Below, piece after piece: positions 48,505 to 61,859 of a stretch of 64,000 nucleotides of DNA. The stretch comes from Octopus sinensis (lineage: Eukaryota), in assembly GCF_006345805.1 (NCBI RefSeq), contig NC_043005.1:91264001-91328000 (forward strand), in the 5' to 3' direction. Below the pieces are notes generated by a model. That model saw nothing but the letters and a program-made list of their open reading frames with translations, was not told the DNA's origin and searched no databases. A program made the translations under genes and the position numbers. Each line of letters opens with the position of its first letter. Positions within the stretch are counted from its first letter, which is position 1.

Positions 48505-50275
48505 GTGTATCTCTGACTCTTCCATTGAATTTCTCGACATTTTTGTCAGCATACTCACTCCACTCTCACCACCTCCATCCACTATAAACACACAGACTCA
48601 CACTCCTACCTTATCTTCTCCTCCTCCCACCCTACCCACACCAAGCTCTCCATCTCCTACTCCCAGTTCCTCCATCTATGCCAGTGACACCCCAGTCTTG
48701 CGCCACTTCCACTCTACTGGTCATTTGCTACAGCATCTGTCTGTGTTTGGACTGTCTCTGCACAGGGGCCACCCCGACTCTTGCCTTCACTGTGAACAAG
48801 AATTAATCTTCTTCTTTTGTGCCTTATGGGCTCAACTTGCTACCCCTCTTCATTTGACCCCAACCCCACACAGGTTCCTACACACCTGCACACCACCTAC
48901 CTCGGTACCCTCACCATGCACACACCACTATACAAACACCCATACACCCTGTTCAACTCATTACTCACTTCACACACCCACAAACACCTTCCCTCTCCAC
49001 ACACACACTTGCACCCAACACCTCTCAGCACCCACACACACTCTTTAATAGCATCACCACACATACCACTATACGAGCACCCCTACACACTGTTCAATTC
49101 AGTATACACCACACCCAGACACCCACATGCATCCCCACTCCATACACACTAGCACCCACTATCTGCCAACCCCAACCTCCCCTCACATCACATCCTTTCA
49201 CCCCTATTCTACCTCCCCTCACCTCTATCTTCCTCCCCTCCCCTATCCCACCTACTAACCCCTATCTCTTGCCACCCCCATCCCATCTCACACCTCTATA
49301 CATTCCCCCATAACATAGCATTCACTCCAATAAGTACATAATGCTTGAACACAGACAATACACACACGCAACATGCATAGACAGACAACTTTCACCCACA
49401 AACATACACGATACACATACACACTATATGGCCACAGACACACACCACCTAAATATGCACACATCAACTATACATACACACAAATACACATCACTCCACT
49501 CAACATATACACTATGTTACTTGTACACATACACACACACATCCAGACTAATGCGTTTGCACATACACAATAACTGCACGCATATCTTCACATATCCATA
49601 TGCACACATACATAAAAGTATACGAAACCTATATCACTCGACATAACGTATGCACTAGGTCACTTACACACACGCAGGCCCACATAATTTTCAGCTTGCC
49701 CACACCTACATACTCATGCACTCACCCCTATTCATACGTACACACTCACACCATTCTCATATACACACATGCTTGAGCAAATTTGTTTGGCTGGGTCACT
49801 ATTATTATTTCCTTTTCATTTTGCCTCTTCCTTCCTGCCAGTTCTTTATGTTGAACCATTAATCCCTACACATTTTTTATCACTCTCCATTTTTTTCATT
49901 CTCTCTCCTTTTTTTCCTCTTAATCCTTTCTGTCGAAGAGCATAGGCTCAAAATGTAAAAAACTTTTCCATTCTTCCTGAGCGTTAAACTAATACACCTG
50001 CTTGTTGTCCCTACAACTGCCTTTGTCTTTTGTTTTCTGTATCTCCTTTTTTCTCTCCTTGTTTTTTTCTCTCCATTTTTCTCTCTTTTTTCTCCCCTTT
50101 TTTCTCTCTTTTTTTCTCTCCTTTTTTCTCTCTTTTTTTTCTCTCCTTGTTTCTTTCTGTGTCCCTTTCTGTAGAAGAGCGTAGACTCTCTATTCCTGAG
50201 TGTTATACTAATACATCTGTTTGTTTTGTACACCACCTGTCTTCATCTTTTGTTTTTTTCGTAAACTCTCCCTAT
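48505..50275 (+). mobile_element. Penelope-like element remnant
   Basis: SIEFLDI and TDSHSYL..SSSHPTHTK (RT end) joined to PVLRHFHSTGH..LSVFGL..EQELIF (GIY-YIG end). These are followed by a CA-rich UTR and a duplicated terminal unit (GAAGAGC.TAG at about 49935 and 50174). Confidence 0.8.
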
Positions 50276-51180
50276 ATATATATATATATATATATATATG
50301 AACATATACATTTGCGGATAAACATATTACATAATGCTGTGAGGATAAGAAGATCACTTTGCAGTCACATGGTTTGAGGTTCATTCCCATTGCTTGGCTC
50401 TGTGGTCTGGTATCTTTTTCTATCACTTTGAGCTAAACATTTGCCTTGAGTAGATCTGCTAGATGAGAACTGTATGAAGCCCTTCATGTGTGTGTGTGTG
50501 TGTGTGTGTTTGCTTGGATGTATGTGTTTGTGTTTTGCCATTGTTTGCACACTGTGGGCAAAACAGTACTGCAGTCTATGCAATGATGTCTTTGTATACC
50601 ATTGGCCATCAAAACATGCCCAGCCATTGAGCTTTTTAAGGCCCTAGAGCAAATAGTGGCTTACTTGAGAACAAGTGAGGGTTAGCAACAAGAAGAATAA
50701 CCAACAGAATAAAAACAGCCTCAATAAGCCTCATTTGACCCATGCCAGCATGGAAAAGTGAAGAATAAGATGGTGGTAGTGGCAATGAGATGGCAGTGGT
50801 AGTCATGGTACAGACTTGTTACTGTAATTTTATTCTTTTTTGTCAATAATTCAAGATAAACTTGGAATAGGTGGTGTGACTTTTCTGTTGAAGTTATACA
50901 TTATCAAAGCATTGATAAGTGACAAAATAACAGACTGTTTCTAACATACTTTTCATAAAGTACTTTAAAAATATGTCCCCTTTATTGCCCCAGCTTTTCT
51001 TTACGTGACAACCAAGCAAATCAACAAACTGACTGCAATCTCAAAAGTAGATTAATCATGACCTTTGAAGTAAGTGTGTGAGTGAGTGTGCATATGTATA
51101 TATATAGACATACTGTAGCCAAATCGTTAAGAAGTTTGCTTTGCAGTCATATAGTCCTGGGTTCAATCCCACTGTGTAAC

Positions 51181-51650
51181 ATCATCATCATCGTTTAACG
51201 TCCGCTTTCCATGCTAGCATGGGTTGGACGGTTCAACTGGGGTCTGGGAAGCCCGAAGGCTGCACCAGGCCAGTCAGATCTGGCAGTGTTTCTACAGCTG
51301 GATGCCCCTCCTAACGCCAACCACTCCGAGAGTGTAGTGGGTGATTTTATGTGCCACCGACACAGGTGCCAGACGAGGCTGGTGAACGGCCACACTCGGA
51401 TGGTGTTTTTTACGTGCCACCGGCATGGAGGCCAGTCAATGCGGTACTGGCTACGGCCACGTCTGGATGGTTTTTGTATGTGCCACCGGCACTGGTACCA
51501 CAAAACTACAAATTCCATTAATGTTCATCGAGTTTGCTTTTGATTTTGTCCATTTTCACTTGCCTCAACAGGTCTTCACAAGTAGAGTTATGTGTCCCAA
51601 GAAGGAAGGTATGCATAGGTGGACTGACTACATCCCAGGTAGGGGCCATG
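51181..51650 (-). mobile_element. RTE 3' UTR copy inserted into a family B SINE
   Basis: Close match to 38240-38967 but with 3 repeat units. Flanked by GTAACATC (51176 and 51651). SINE sequence continues on both sides. Confidence 0.9.
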
Positions 51651-51878
51651 GTAACATCTTAGATAAATGTCTTTTACCATTACTTTGTGTCCAGCCAAGC
51701 TTGTGAGTGAAATTTGATAGAAGGAAACTAGAATCCTGTCCAATGGATTGTATTTATAACTCAAAAGTCCAAGAGGAAATTGCTCATCAAAACCAACCAA
51801 CACCCATTTACATATATATACACATGAGTGGACAAATGAAAGAAGGGCACTCAAGAAATTTATTGGGAGTTACATGTA

Positions 51879-52037
51879 TAGATCAAAACAGTTTGGTTTA
51901 AATTCGTTGGTACTCTGAGTTTCAGGCATGATGCTAGTCTTCAGCCATATTGAATTTGAGGTTCAATATGGTTGAAGACCAGCATCACGCTTGAAACTTG
52001 GAGTACCTATGAATTTGAATCAAACTGTTTTAATCCA
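51879..52037. repeat. Imperfect inverted repeat (about 75-bp arms) with mirrored hammerhead-like motifs
   Basis: 7-nt loop at 51955-51961. Minus strand TGG-CTGAAGA-..-GAAACTCAGAGTA-CCA; plus strand TGG-TTGAAGA-..-GAAACTTGGAGTA-CC. Confidence 0.85.
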
Positions 52038-52143
52038 TATGTATGTATGTATGTATGTATGTATATATATATATATGTATGTATGTATGTATATATATAT
52101 GTATGTATATATATATATGTATGTATATATATATATATGTATG

Positions 52144-52174
<31 letters not shown>

Positions 52175-52198
52175 ATATATATATATGTATGTATATAT

Positions 52199-52239
<41 letters not shown>

Positions 52240-52595
52240 TATATGTATGTATATATATATGTATGTATATACATATATATGTATGTATATATGTATATAT
52301 ATATGTATGTATATATATATGTATGTATATATATATATGTATGTATATATATATATGTATGTATATATATATATATATATATGTATGTATATATGTATGT
52401 ATATATATATATGTATGTATATATATATGTATGTATATATATATGTATGTATATATGTATGTATATATATATGTATGTATATATATATATATGTATGTAT
52501 ATATATATATGTATGTATATATATATATGTATGTATATATATATATATGTATGTTTATATATATGTATGTATGAGTATATATATGTATGTACGTG

Positions 52596-52630
<35 letters not shown>

Positions 52631-52671
52631 ATATATATATGTATGTATGTATGTGTATATATATATGTATG

Positions 52672-52706
<35 letters not shown>

Positions 52707-52969
52707 GTATATATGTATGTATGTGTATATATGTATGTATGTATATATATATATGTATGTATGTGTATATATATATGTATGTATGTATGTGTGTATATAT
52801 ATATATATGTATGTATGTATGTGTGTATATATATATGTATGTATGTGTGTATATATATATATATATGTATGTATGTGTGTATATATATATATATATGTAT
52901 GTATGTATGTGTGTATATATATATATATATGTATGTATGTATGTGTGTATATATATATATATGTATGTG

Positions 52970-53000
<31 letters not shown>

Positions 53001-53104
53001 GTATGTGTGTATATATATATATGCATGTATATATATATGTATGTATGTATGTGTGTATATATATATATGTATATATATATATGTATGTATGTGTGTATAT
53101 ATAT

Positions 53105-53138
<34 letters not shown>

Positions 53139-53196
53139 GTGTGTATATATATATGTATGTATATATGTATGTATATACATATATATATATATATAT
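52037..53196. repeat. Compound (TA)n/(TATG)n microsatellite, about 1.16 kb
   Basis: Directly visible; source of the spurious YIYM/HTYI ORFs. Confidence 1.
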
Positions 53197-54225
53197 CTTT
53201 GACTTGTTTCAATTATTGGACTGTATCCATACCCTTTAAGGGTTTTTTTTAGTCAAGTAAATTGACCCCAGTACTTATTTGGTACTTATTCTATTGGTCT
53301 CTTTTGCTGAACTAAGACATGGGGCATAAACAAACCCACACTGGTTGTCAAACAATGATGGCAACATATGCATGATAGATTTCTACACAGTTTCCGTCTA
53401 TCAAATTCACTCTCAAAACTTTGGTCATCCCAGGACTATAGAAGAAGACACTTTCCCAAGATGTCATATGGTAGGATTGAACCGAAAACTATGTGGTTGC
53501 AAAGTGAACTTCTTAACCACACAGCCATACCTGTGCTTTTATATGTATATGTGTGTGTCACTTTGGAAGCTCTCTTTTTTTTAGAGTAGTCCTCCATTAT
53601 GGGGGGGGGGGTACTGAGTTTGTTGATCAGCTGTTACGTTGAGTGATTTTGATATTATCAAAATTGATATACATTTTCTAAGATATTTTTCTGAAGTACA
53701 CAGCACTCTGGAAATGTGTTCCTTTTTATTTGCTCCAGTTTTCCACGAGGTCAACAAGCTAGTGTTATGTCAACTGTTGTTTATAATCATGAGCTTAAAA
53801 GTGTGTGTGTGTGTGCATAAATTTCAAGTTAATTCATTTCATATGTCAGTTTAATAAGTTATTTAACTAAATTCTCCATTATTTTCAAAATCAATTTAAA
53901 TGATGGCATTGTATTTCATGAGAAATATGACCCATGAAAAGCACAACCATCTGGCCCCTGCATGTTTTTAGAAAGATCCATTCAGTTACAAATATACACA
54001 TCATGTCTCTGGCCTAAGGATAATTTCCTCCCACCAACCTCAGTGAACACAGGGAATGTCATATGTACTGCCATTCCTCCTCACTTCTTGTAATATTTTA
54101 GTTGATTAATCAATTACTTTAACCAATTCCATTGTATCTTACTTCCAGCAGACTGAACAGACATATCTACTTTTATTAACTTTGACTTTGAAGAAATCCT
54201 AATTTGTTTACTTCTCTCTTATCAG

Positions 54226-54281
54226 ATTTGACTGCGGCGTGAAAACATTTCGTAATGAAGGCTTCTTTGGAATGTATCGAG
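54226..54281 (+). CDS. SLC25A22: Mitochondrial glutamate carrier exon (LFDCGVKTFRNEGFFGMYRG)
   Basis: ATCAG| acceptor, |GTAAGC donor, phase 2 to 1, carrier motif EGxxGxYRG. Confidence 0.95.
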
Positions 54282-55202
54282 GTAAGCTAGTTTGCACCAA
54301 GTAGGAAAAATTTTTTAATTATTCTTTGTATTTTGAATATTCTCTTGAATTGTTACAGAGGCCCTTTGTCACCAGCAGAGGTAAGAGCTCTCTGAACTTT
54401 GCCCAGGCTATTCTTATTCTAGCAGCTACACTTTCAATGCACCCTCCCCCGCTCCTGACTTAGTCACCTAAATGACAGATGCAAATATTTCCAAGTGTAG
54501 CTATTGAATTCTGTAATATTGGATAACTGATATAAAGTTAGCAATTGTGTAAGGTAAGATATTGGTAGAAAAAATTCATTGTGTGTACAATATGTTAAAA
54601 GGTAGAATTAATTATTAAGATATTATTTTAAGACTTCTGTGTAATAAGATTATAATAGAATTAGATATTATTGTTTAATAGTTTATTAGTTAGGTAAAAG
54701 TTAAGGGGTGGTTGTTATTACTATTGGTGCTAGTGATTATAGGGGTATGTACAAGCAATCTCATGAGAGAGATAATAAATTAATTCTAGTGAGGGAGATA
54801 ATAATTTAATTAAATAATTAACTAAATAAATAATTAAATTTGAAATATACTTGTATTTCCAAGTGAATATATGGAATGCTTTTCTTATTTAAAAGAATAT
54901 AATAGCAGTTGAAATATGTGACAAACACAGTTCAACTAACCTAAATTCTGCTCATACCTAAACACTGCTTTGCACCTATGCTCCGTTAATTAATTTGGTC
55001 AGGCAATCTACTAGCGCAAATCAGTGAACATGTTGACTGAATTATATATAAAGTTATAGATTTATTTAGTTTGTTCAGAGTTCCCTCTCCTACCTACATC
55101 TCGGTGTTGGCTGCTGTTCATTTGTAAGTTCTAATTGTGTTATTCTTATGTTTCTTTGCTCTAGCATGATTTGTTATACCTGTTAAAATTTGAGCTGCTG
55201 TT

Positions 55203-57365
55203 CACTGGTAAACTGTAATTTTTGCACTGCGGGGCAGAAAATTGTAAAATTTTTGTTGTTGAAAACAACTGCTGTTGGACTTTTTGTAATTTGAACTCTT
55301 TAATTTTTTACCCTTTGCAAGGTAAAAAATATTTTTGTCATTAATTTTGGCAAAAATTATTTTTTGGCAAAAATATTTTTTCAATTCCTTTTGAAGAAAT
55401 TCATTTTTCTGTAAAAATTGCATTACGGAATTCAACGTAATGTCTAGGGAGGATTTCCCAAAAATGCCAAAGGTACAAAACAGAGAAGTAGATAATATGA
55501 AACAAGCATTTAGGGAAAACCCAGTTTTTCAGCCATCATAGGTGGGAATATGGTGGAACTAGAGGTGACGATGGCTGAATTGTTTAAGTACAGAAATCTA
55601 GTTAAAAAGAATGGAAATGATACGAAGTTACCCTCTACACAGGAAATTGCACATCATAGCATCGAGAATGAGGATTTACAAAACATACAAGCTAAAAGAA
55701 AAAGAATTGTATCATGTAAAAGTGAAATAATTGAAAGGTGTCTGGCACCTATTTGGAATAAAATTGTGTACGTTGGACGTGGTAGAAGAAATGCCATGGT
55801 AGAAGCACAGTTCACTAGTGAAAACACGGTGAAAGAGTTATCAACAAGAACACTAAAAAAATAAGGAAATTATTTTACTACCAACGTATTTGGGTAAAAA
55901 AACAGCAAAAGTTACTGTGGAAGAAATGCCAGCAGGATACAACATATTTTGGATAGCAGCAGCCATAACTTATGATAAGGAGGAGAAAATGGAGATTTTA
56001 CAGATGAAGAAGAAAAAGGCCAAGAATTGGAAGGAACAAACCCTTGAGATTGTGGTTCAAGCCACCCCTGAAGTACTTGAAGGGCTGCTCGATAGGGTAT
56101 TTATAGGTGAGGGGCTGAGTGTGAGATTTGCAGTAGTGGGGCGTAAAGGGCCACATCCACTCTGAATGCAAGCCTAAAGACAAAAAGAGTGAAGCCCCTC
56201 CCCAAAAAGAACTGCCAAAGACAGGAGGAAAAGAGAAACAGGAACTGAAAAGGCAAAAAAGGACACAGAAAATACAAGAAGAGACACAAGAAAGAGCGTA
56301 AGAAGGAACACAAAGAAGAACACGAGAAAGAACTCAAGAAGAGACACAAGGGGGAGTACAAGAAAGAATACAAAATACAAATCCATACACAGAGGAAGAA
56401 ATGGATTTTACTGTAGTTACATCCCACAAGAGGAAAAAGGCACAAGCCCCAGACGCCCCTCCCCATACAAAGGAAATAAATAAGCAAACTACAGATACAC
56501 ACGAAAAACTCCCTACACCATCCCCTTGTTAAAACCCATTACTAAACCCCACCCCAAGATGCAAGAAAAAAATTGTATCTTTTAATGAAAAAAATGATGT
56601 TCTATCAACAGTGATCAGAGCTCATTACAAAGCTCAGGAGTATAAAGCTACAAAGGACATGCCACCTCACATCCGAGTTGCAAGGATGGAGGTGGGGTTA
56701 TTTAATGAACTCAAAGGAAGGTATCCGAATGACTTAAAAGACATAAGCCAAGAGATGGCTGGTAGAACCTTTATGGTCAGTCCAGCGGCTATACCACAAA
56801 TGAAAAAAAGATGGGGAGGAAGCTGAATTCTTGCAGCCCCTCCTCAAACTTAAAATGTAAGTAAGCTTATTTAATTATGGAGATTAAGCTAGGGTGTGTG
56901 AATGCACGTGGCCTGGGATTGAAATGGAAACAAACTTGTCTCCTGGACAACCTTATGTCACTAGATATAGATATTTGTGTTGTAACTGCATTCAAGCTGA
57001 ATGGGCCACAAGCATTCTCGCCTCTTCTAAATGGCTACAAGAAATTTATTTCTCCTACTTGGCAGGGAGGCGGGGGCGTAGTGGTCTTATTCACGAAAAA
57101 CTTGGACGTGCAGGTAAGTACAGTATTTCTGGACCCAGAAGGTAGGCTGGTTGTTTTGGATGTGACACACGTTAGTAAACAGTCCTTCAGGCTGGTAGCT
57201 GTCTACGCACCAAAAGAGCTGGTTTTTACCGGGACCTGGAGAATTTGTTAGTGACATCAAAAATTCTACTTGTACTGAGAAACTTTAACACTATTCTCGA
57301 TGCACAGGTGGATAGTGTTGGCTCGACTGATAGAAGGAGAAACCCTGGCCTTAAAAGGCTACTAG
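55203..57365 (+). mobile_element. L1/Tx1-clade non-LTR element, 5' part (ORF1 remnants and ORF2 endonuclease start)
   Basis: Broken ORF1-like frames 55440-56826, then MEIKLGCVNARGL..GGGVVVLF..DPEGRLVVLDV..VAVYAP..NFN. No RT follows. Confidence 0.75.
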
Positions 57366-58391
57366 GGAGCTATTTATGCAGCTGAGGATAGCCCTGCATT
57401 TAAATTGATGTAATGATTGCATTGTTCAATTAAATGGAGCTGCTTGAAATGGTCGTACTGCATCACTTCTTGATATCCTGTTGTTTATTTTGATTTTATT
57501 CACCTTACTTTGAGCTGTACAGATAGTACCGCACTGACTTGGTACTTCAACTTAAGTACCTAATTCAACTAAATCTCAATTATTTCTATGTGTGTGTGTG
57601 TGTGTGTGTATGTATATATATATATATGTGAGTTGTAGATGGAAATTTTTAGACTTATTAATGTAACACGACATATGTTCCAACATCCGATATGTTCATT
57701 TGTAAGGACATTTTCATATTATTAAAGATTATTCATATCTATGAATCTTTATTTTGCTTCCGTTACATGTGTATTCTTCCTCAGGCTGTTACATTAATGC
57801 TTTTTTGCTGGCTAACAACAAGAACATAGAAGCTGCTAAGAGCGCGTTCTGAGGCATTTGCCCAAAACAAGTTAAACGGAGATATATATATATATATAAG
57901 TTGAAACACTCCTGTCACAAGCTGGGACCTTGAAGACTGCTATAATGCAAGAAAGTATACCAGTCCCTTAATATTTTATATTCAATATTTCATCTATTCA
58001 ATAAGACAATCAATACTTCATTTCATTTTACTATATATATATTATTTATACTATATATTCTATATTCTACATTAATATTATAAAGAATATAAATAAAACA
58101 TAAAAAAACAGACAGAGTTGGAATTTCTTTGAATAATATATATATCATCATCATCATCATCGTTTAACGTCCGTTTTCCATGCTAGCATGGGTTGGATGG
58201 TTCGACCAGGGTCTGGGAAGCCAGAAGGCTGCACCAGGCTCCATTCTGATCTGGCAGTGTTTCTACAGCTGGATGCCCTTCCTAACGGCAACCACTCCGT
58301 GAGTGTAGTGGGTGCTTTTTACGTGCCACCGGCACAGATGCCGGGGTCGGCTGGCAGTGGCCACGATCAGTTGGTGCTTTTTCGATCTATA

Positions 58392-58712
58392 TATATATAT
58401 ATAAAAATTAGAAAAAAAACACCTTTTATCAATTCAAAATGAACAATTAAATTACACCATCTAGAAAATTACATATAATAGAAATATTAAAATTAAAATA
58501 ACAATAATATACTGATGATTAAGTAAATTGCAAAAAAATACCAATTATATACGTTTTTATTATTTTTTTGCAATTTACTTAATCATTGGTATATTATTGT
58601 TATTTTAATTTTAATATTTCTATTATATGTAATTTTCTAGATGGTGTAATTTAATTGTTCATTTTGAATTGATAAAAAGTGGGGTTTTTTCTAATCTTTA
58701 TATATATATATA
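58392..58712. repeat. AT-rich near-perfect inverted repeat (about 150-bp arms)
   Basis: About 58392-58540 is the reverse complement of about 58561-58712, with few mismatches and a 20-nt loop. Confidence 0.95.
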
Positions 58713-59643
58713 TTGTGTGAAATTTGATTTAGTATTTCTAAATTGATTTTTTCCCTGTAAGTTAGGATTATTATTCCCTCAAATATTTATTATATATTTA
58801 TATATATATAAAATGTGTGTATGTTTGCATCTCTGTTTGTTTCTCCTCTACTATTTGACTGCCAGTGTTGGTTTGTTTACCTCCTATAAATTTAGCAGTT
58901 CAACAAAAGAGACTGATAGAATAAGTAACAGGTTTTAGAAAAAAGTATTGGAGCTGATTAGTTCATTTGAAACTCTTCAAAGCGATACCCTCTGCATGGC
59001 TGCAGTCCATTGGCTGAAGCAAATGGAAGATAAGCAAAAAAATAGTCACATATCATCATCATCATCAATATCCTCCTTTAACATCCATTTTCCCTGTTGG
59101 CATGGGTTCGACATCTCTTAGCTTCTGACAATGTTTCTGTCTTCCAAATTCACTCGCAATGTGTCATGCTGTGTGACAGAACCCAAGACCACAGGGTTGC
59201 AAAGCAGGTTTCTTAACCACACAGTCACGCCTGTGTCTAAATATTAGAAATCTATTTTTTCTACTATAGACACAAGGCCCGAAATTTTGAGGAAGGGGTG
59301 GGTCGATTCCATCACCCCTGTGCTCATCTGGTACTTATTCCAATCGTCCTGAAAGGATGAAAGGCAAAGTTGACTTTGATCTAATTTGAACTCAGAACCT
59401 ACAAACAAAATGCAAATAAGCATTTTGTCTGGCATACTAATGATTTTGTCAGCTTACTACTTTAAATGAAAATAAAACATACATGTTCTCAAAGAATTTT
59501 ATTCAATTTCAATGTGAATAATTCATTTAACTTGTGTGAGCAGCAAAAATTTATTCATATGACTAAACAATAATGAGTTTTTTTTTCTTCTATTAAGACT
59601 ATTTAATTTTCAATATAATAGCTCTACTTTTTTTGGTGTACAG

Positions 59644-59734
59644 GTTCTGGGGTTAATTTGCTTTTAATTACACCAGAGAAAGCCATTAAACTTGTTGGTA
59701 ATGATTTCTTCAGACATAACCTCAAAACTGACAG
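59644..59734 (+). CDS. SLC25A22: Mitochondrial glutamate carrier exon ([29 protein letters not shown])
   Basis: TACAG| acceptor, |GTAAGT donor, phase 1 to 2. PEKAIKL is typical of glutamate and aspartate/glutamate carriers. Confidence 0.96.
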
Positions 59735-60155
59735 GTAAGTCTGTGAAAGGTATCACTTTTCTCTTTTCTGTGTTAGCACACTCCTTCTCTCACTCTTTCC
59801 TATCTCTGTCTCTCAATTTTTCATTCACACTGTCTCTTTCATTTATCTTTCTCACTCTCACCATTCTCTCTCATGCACCCACTCAGATCAGAAGTACAAT
59901 CTGTTAACCATAACTAAATAACACCATTTGCACTAAAATTATCAAGTCTCCTCCAACATTTCACCACCTGTTTGTTCATTGTCTCACTCATTTTTAACAA
60001 ACATTTTTTGATAATATAAGTGGTGTCTGATTTGATTGATAGGAAAGGCTCAACAACATCTTGTCTATCAATGTAAAATCAAATATCATCATACAAAAAC
60101 CAAATGTGAATTTCTTAGGGAGCTTTCTTGCATTCTTTTAACATTGTAACATTTA

Positions 60156-60681
60156 CAGGGTGACCCCCAAAAAACAGAACCCACAAATCTTTGAATAAAA
60201 CTGTTTGAATAAAATGATACAGAGGGATAGATCGAGATGAACAGTGGTTCCAGAAAGACAGGGCCACCCCCACTCCCGCATCAAATGACTCCCTAATCGG
60301 GCTGAGAGAGCGATTTCAGGAGAGACTGATCAGCAGAAAGTGTGACATTGAGTGGCATCGCATTCACTAGATTTGAACCACCCACATTTTTATCTGTGAG
60401 TTATCTTAGGGATAATGTTTACCAGAACAACCCTCAAGCGATTGGTGAACTGAAGGCACCAATCACAGCAGAAATCAGGGAAATCCCCACAAAGAGGAAT
60501 GTGTTTGAGTAATTTTGCATGGTGTATGCCATTTGGAGCATATTTTGAAAAGAACATGACTTTTATGCAAAGAGAATGATCTAGACAGACCGAAGATTAA
60601 GTCCAAATTTGCTGGCCCTTTGTAGGATTTAATAAAATTTTTATGAGCTCTGGAGTTTTTTTGGTGGGGGGGGGTCACCTG
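60156..60681 (+). mobile_element. Tc1/mariner internal-deletion derivative
   Basis: TA TSD, TIRs CAGGGTGACCCCC / GGGGGTCACCTG, transposase remnant WFQKDRATP and a degenerate WP..SPDLNP.DFYLW region. Confidence 0.85.
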
Positions 60682-61296
60682 TAGAAGGCTTTTGTTTTGT
60701 TTTGTTTATTTGCAGAGTATGTATCAGTTAAAATAAGCAATGGTATTTCATTATATGAGATAAACTGAGAAACTCAATTATAGCAAGGTTCAAAAATTAA
60801 TTCCAAATTTTTCAAGCTATATCTTTAACTCAAAGTTGACACATTTTTTTTTCTTATCTCCTTTATGAAACACGAGAATTCTCTGCCAAACTGAAAACTT
60901 TATTTGTTTTCGATTAGGAACAATGTAACTGACTAGTCTCTTCAGAATAAGGATTTAAAGTTAACAAAATTGCTAGATTGTAATTTAGACATAGAAGGCT
61001 ATATAAATGTTTCCTTGTGCATATGTTGGCTGTAAGTTGGCTCAAGTTCACAAGTGTGAACATGATAACATCTGTTCACAACAACAAAAGCATTGATATT
61101 CTCCCATACCTAGATTTACACATGCACCTATATATATGGTGCCTACAAGTTCTGTGGAAAAAAAGGATTCTGAATTCCCCTCCCAACCTATGGGAAAGTC
61201 AGAATCTTTTTTTACAGAATCTGTGGTTAGCATTTAAAATATTCCCTATATTTAGTTCTTTGAAATAATTTTGATAATATTTTGTAAACTTTCCAG

Positions 61297-61415
61297 TGCC
61301 AGACTGCCTTTTCACAGAGAATTATTGGCTGGTGGGGGTGCTGGAATGTGTCAAATTATTGTCACTACACCTATGGAACTGCTTAAGATCCAGCTTCAAG
61401 ATGCTGGAAGAAGTG
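61297..61415 (+). CDS. SLC25A22: Mitochondrial glutamate carrier exon ([39 protein letters not shown])
   Basis: TTCCAG| acceptor, |GTATGT donor, phase 2 to 1, second carrier signature [15 protein letters not shown] characteristic of GC1/GC2. Confidence 0.96.
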
Positions 61416-61632
61416 GTATGTATAAGTTTATTTAAATGACTGACACTGTCCAATCTCACTTTTTTCTGTTTTTCTTTTATATTGATATGAAGTCTCAAGA
61501 AGAAGAAGAGATGATTGATCAACAAGAAAGTGTTTTTACCTTTATTTGAAATCCATAGCAGAAAAAACAACATAAAGAAAATATTGGAATCAAAACTGTT
61601 TAAAGCTCCTTTGTCTTTTGGTATCATAATCA

Positions 61633-61859
61633 GCAGCTGGCAGAGATGTTAGCACGTCGGGCGAAATGCATAGCCGTATTTCGTCTGCTGTTACGTTCTG
61701 AGTTCAAATTCCGCCGAGGTCGACTTTGCCTTTCATCCTTTTGGGGTCGATTAAATAAGTACCAGTTATGCACTGGGGTCGATGTAATCGACTTAATCCC
61801 TTTGTCTGTCCTTGTTTGTCCCCTCTCCGTTTAGCCCCTTGTGGGTAGTAAAGAAATAT
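61633..61859 (+). mobile_element. Young SINE family A with 12-bp TSD
   Basis: TSD GTATCATAATCA at 61621-61632 and 61860-61871; CpGs retained. Confidence 0.9.

Noticed and set aside
48428-49646. Thr/His/Pro-rich host protein
   Set aside because: Penelope RT/GIY-YIG remnants fused to CA-rich low-complexity sequence.
51972-53252. 200-400 aa ORFs on both strands
   Set aside because: Translations of a TA/TATG microsatellite.
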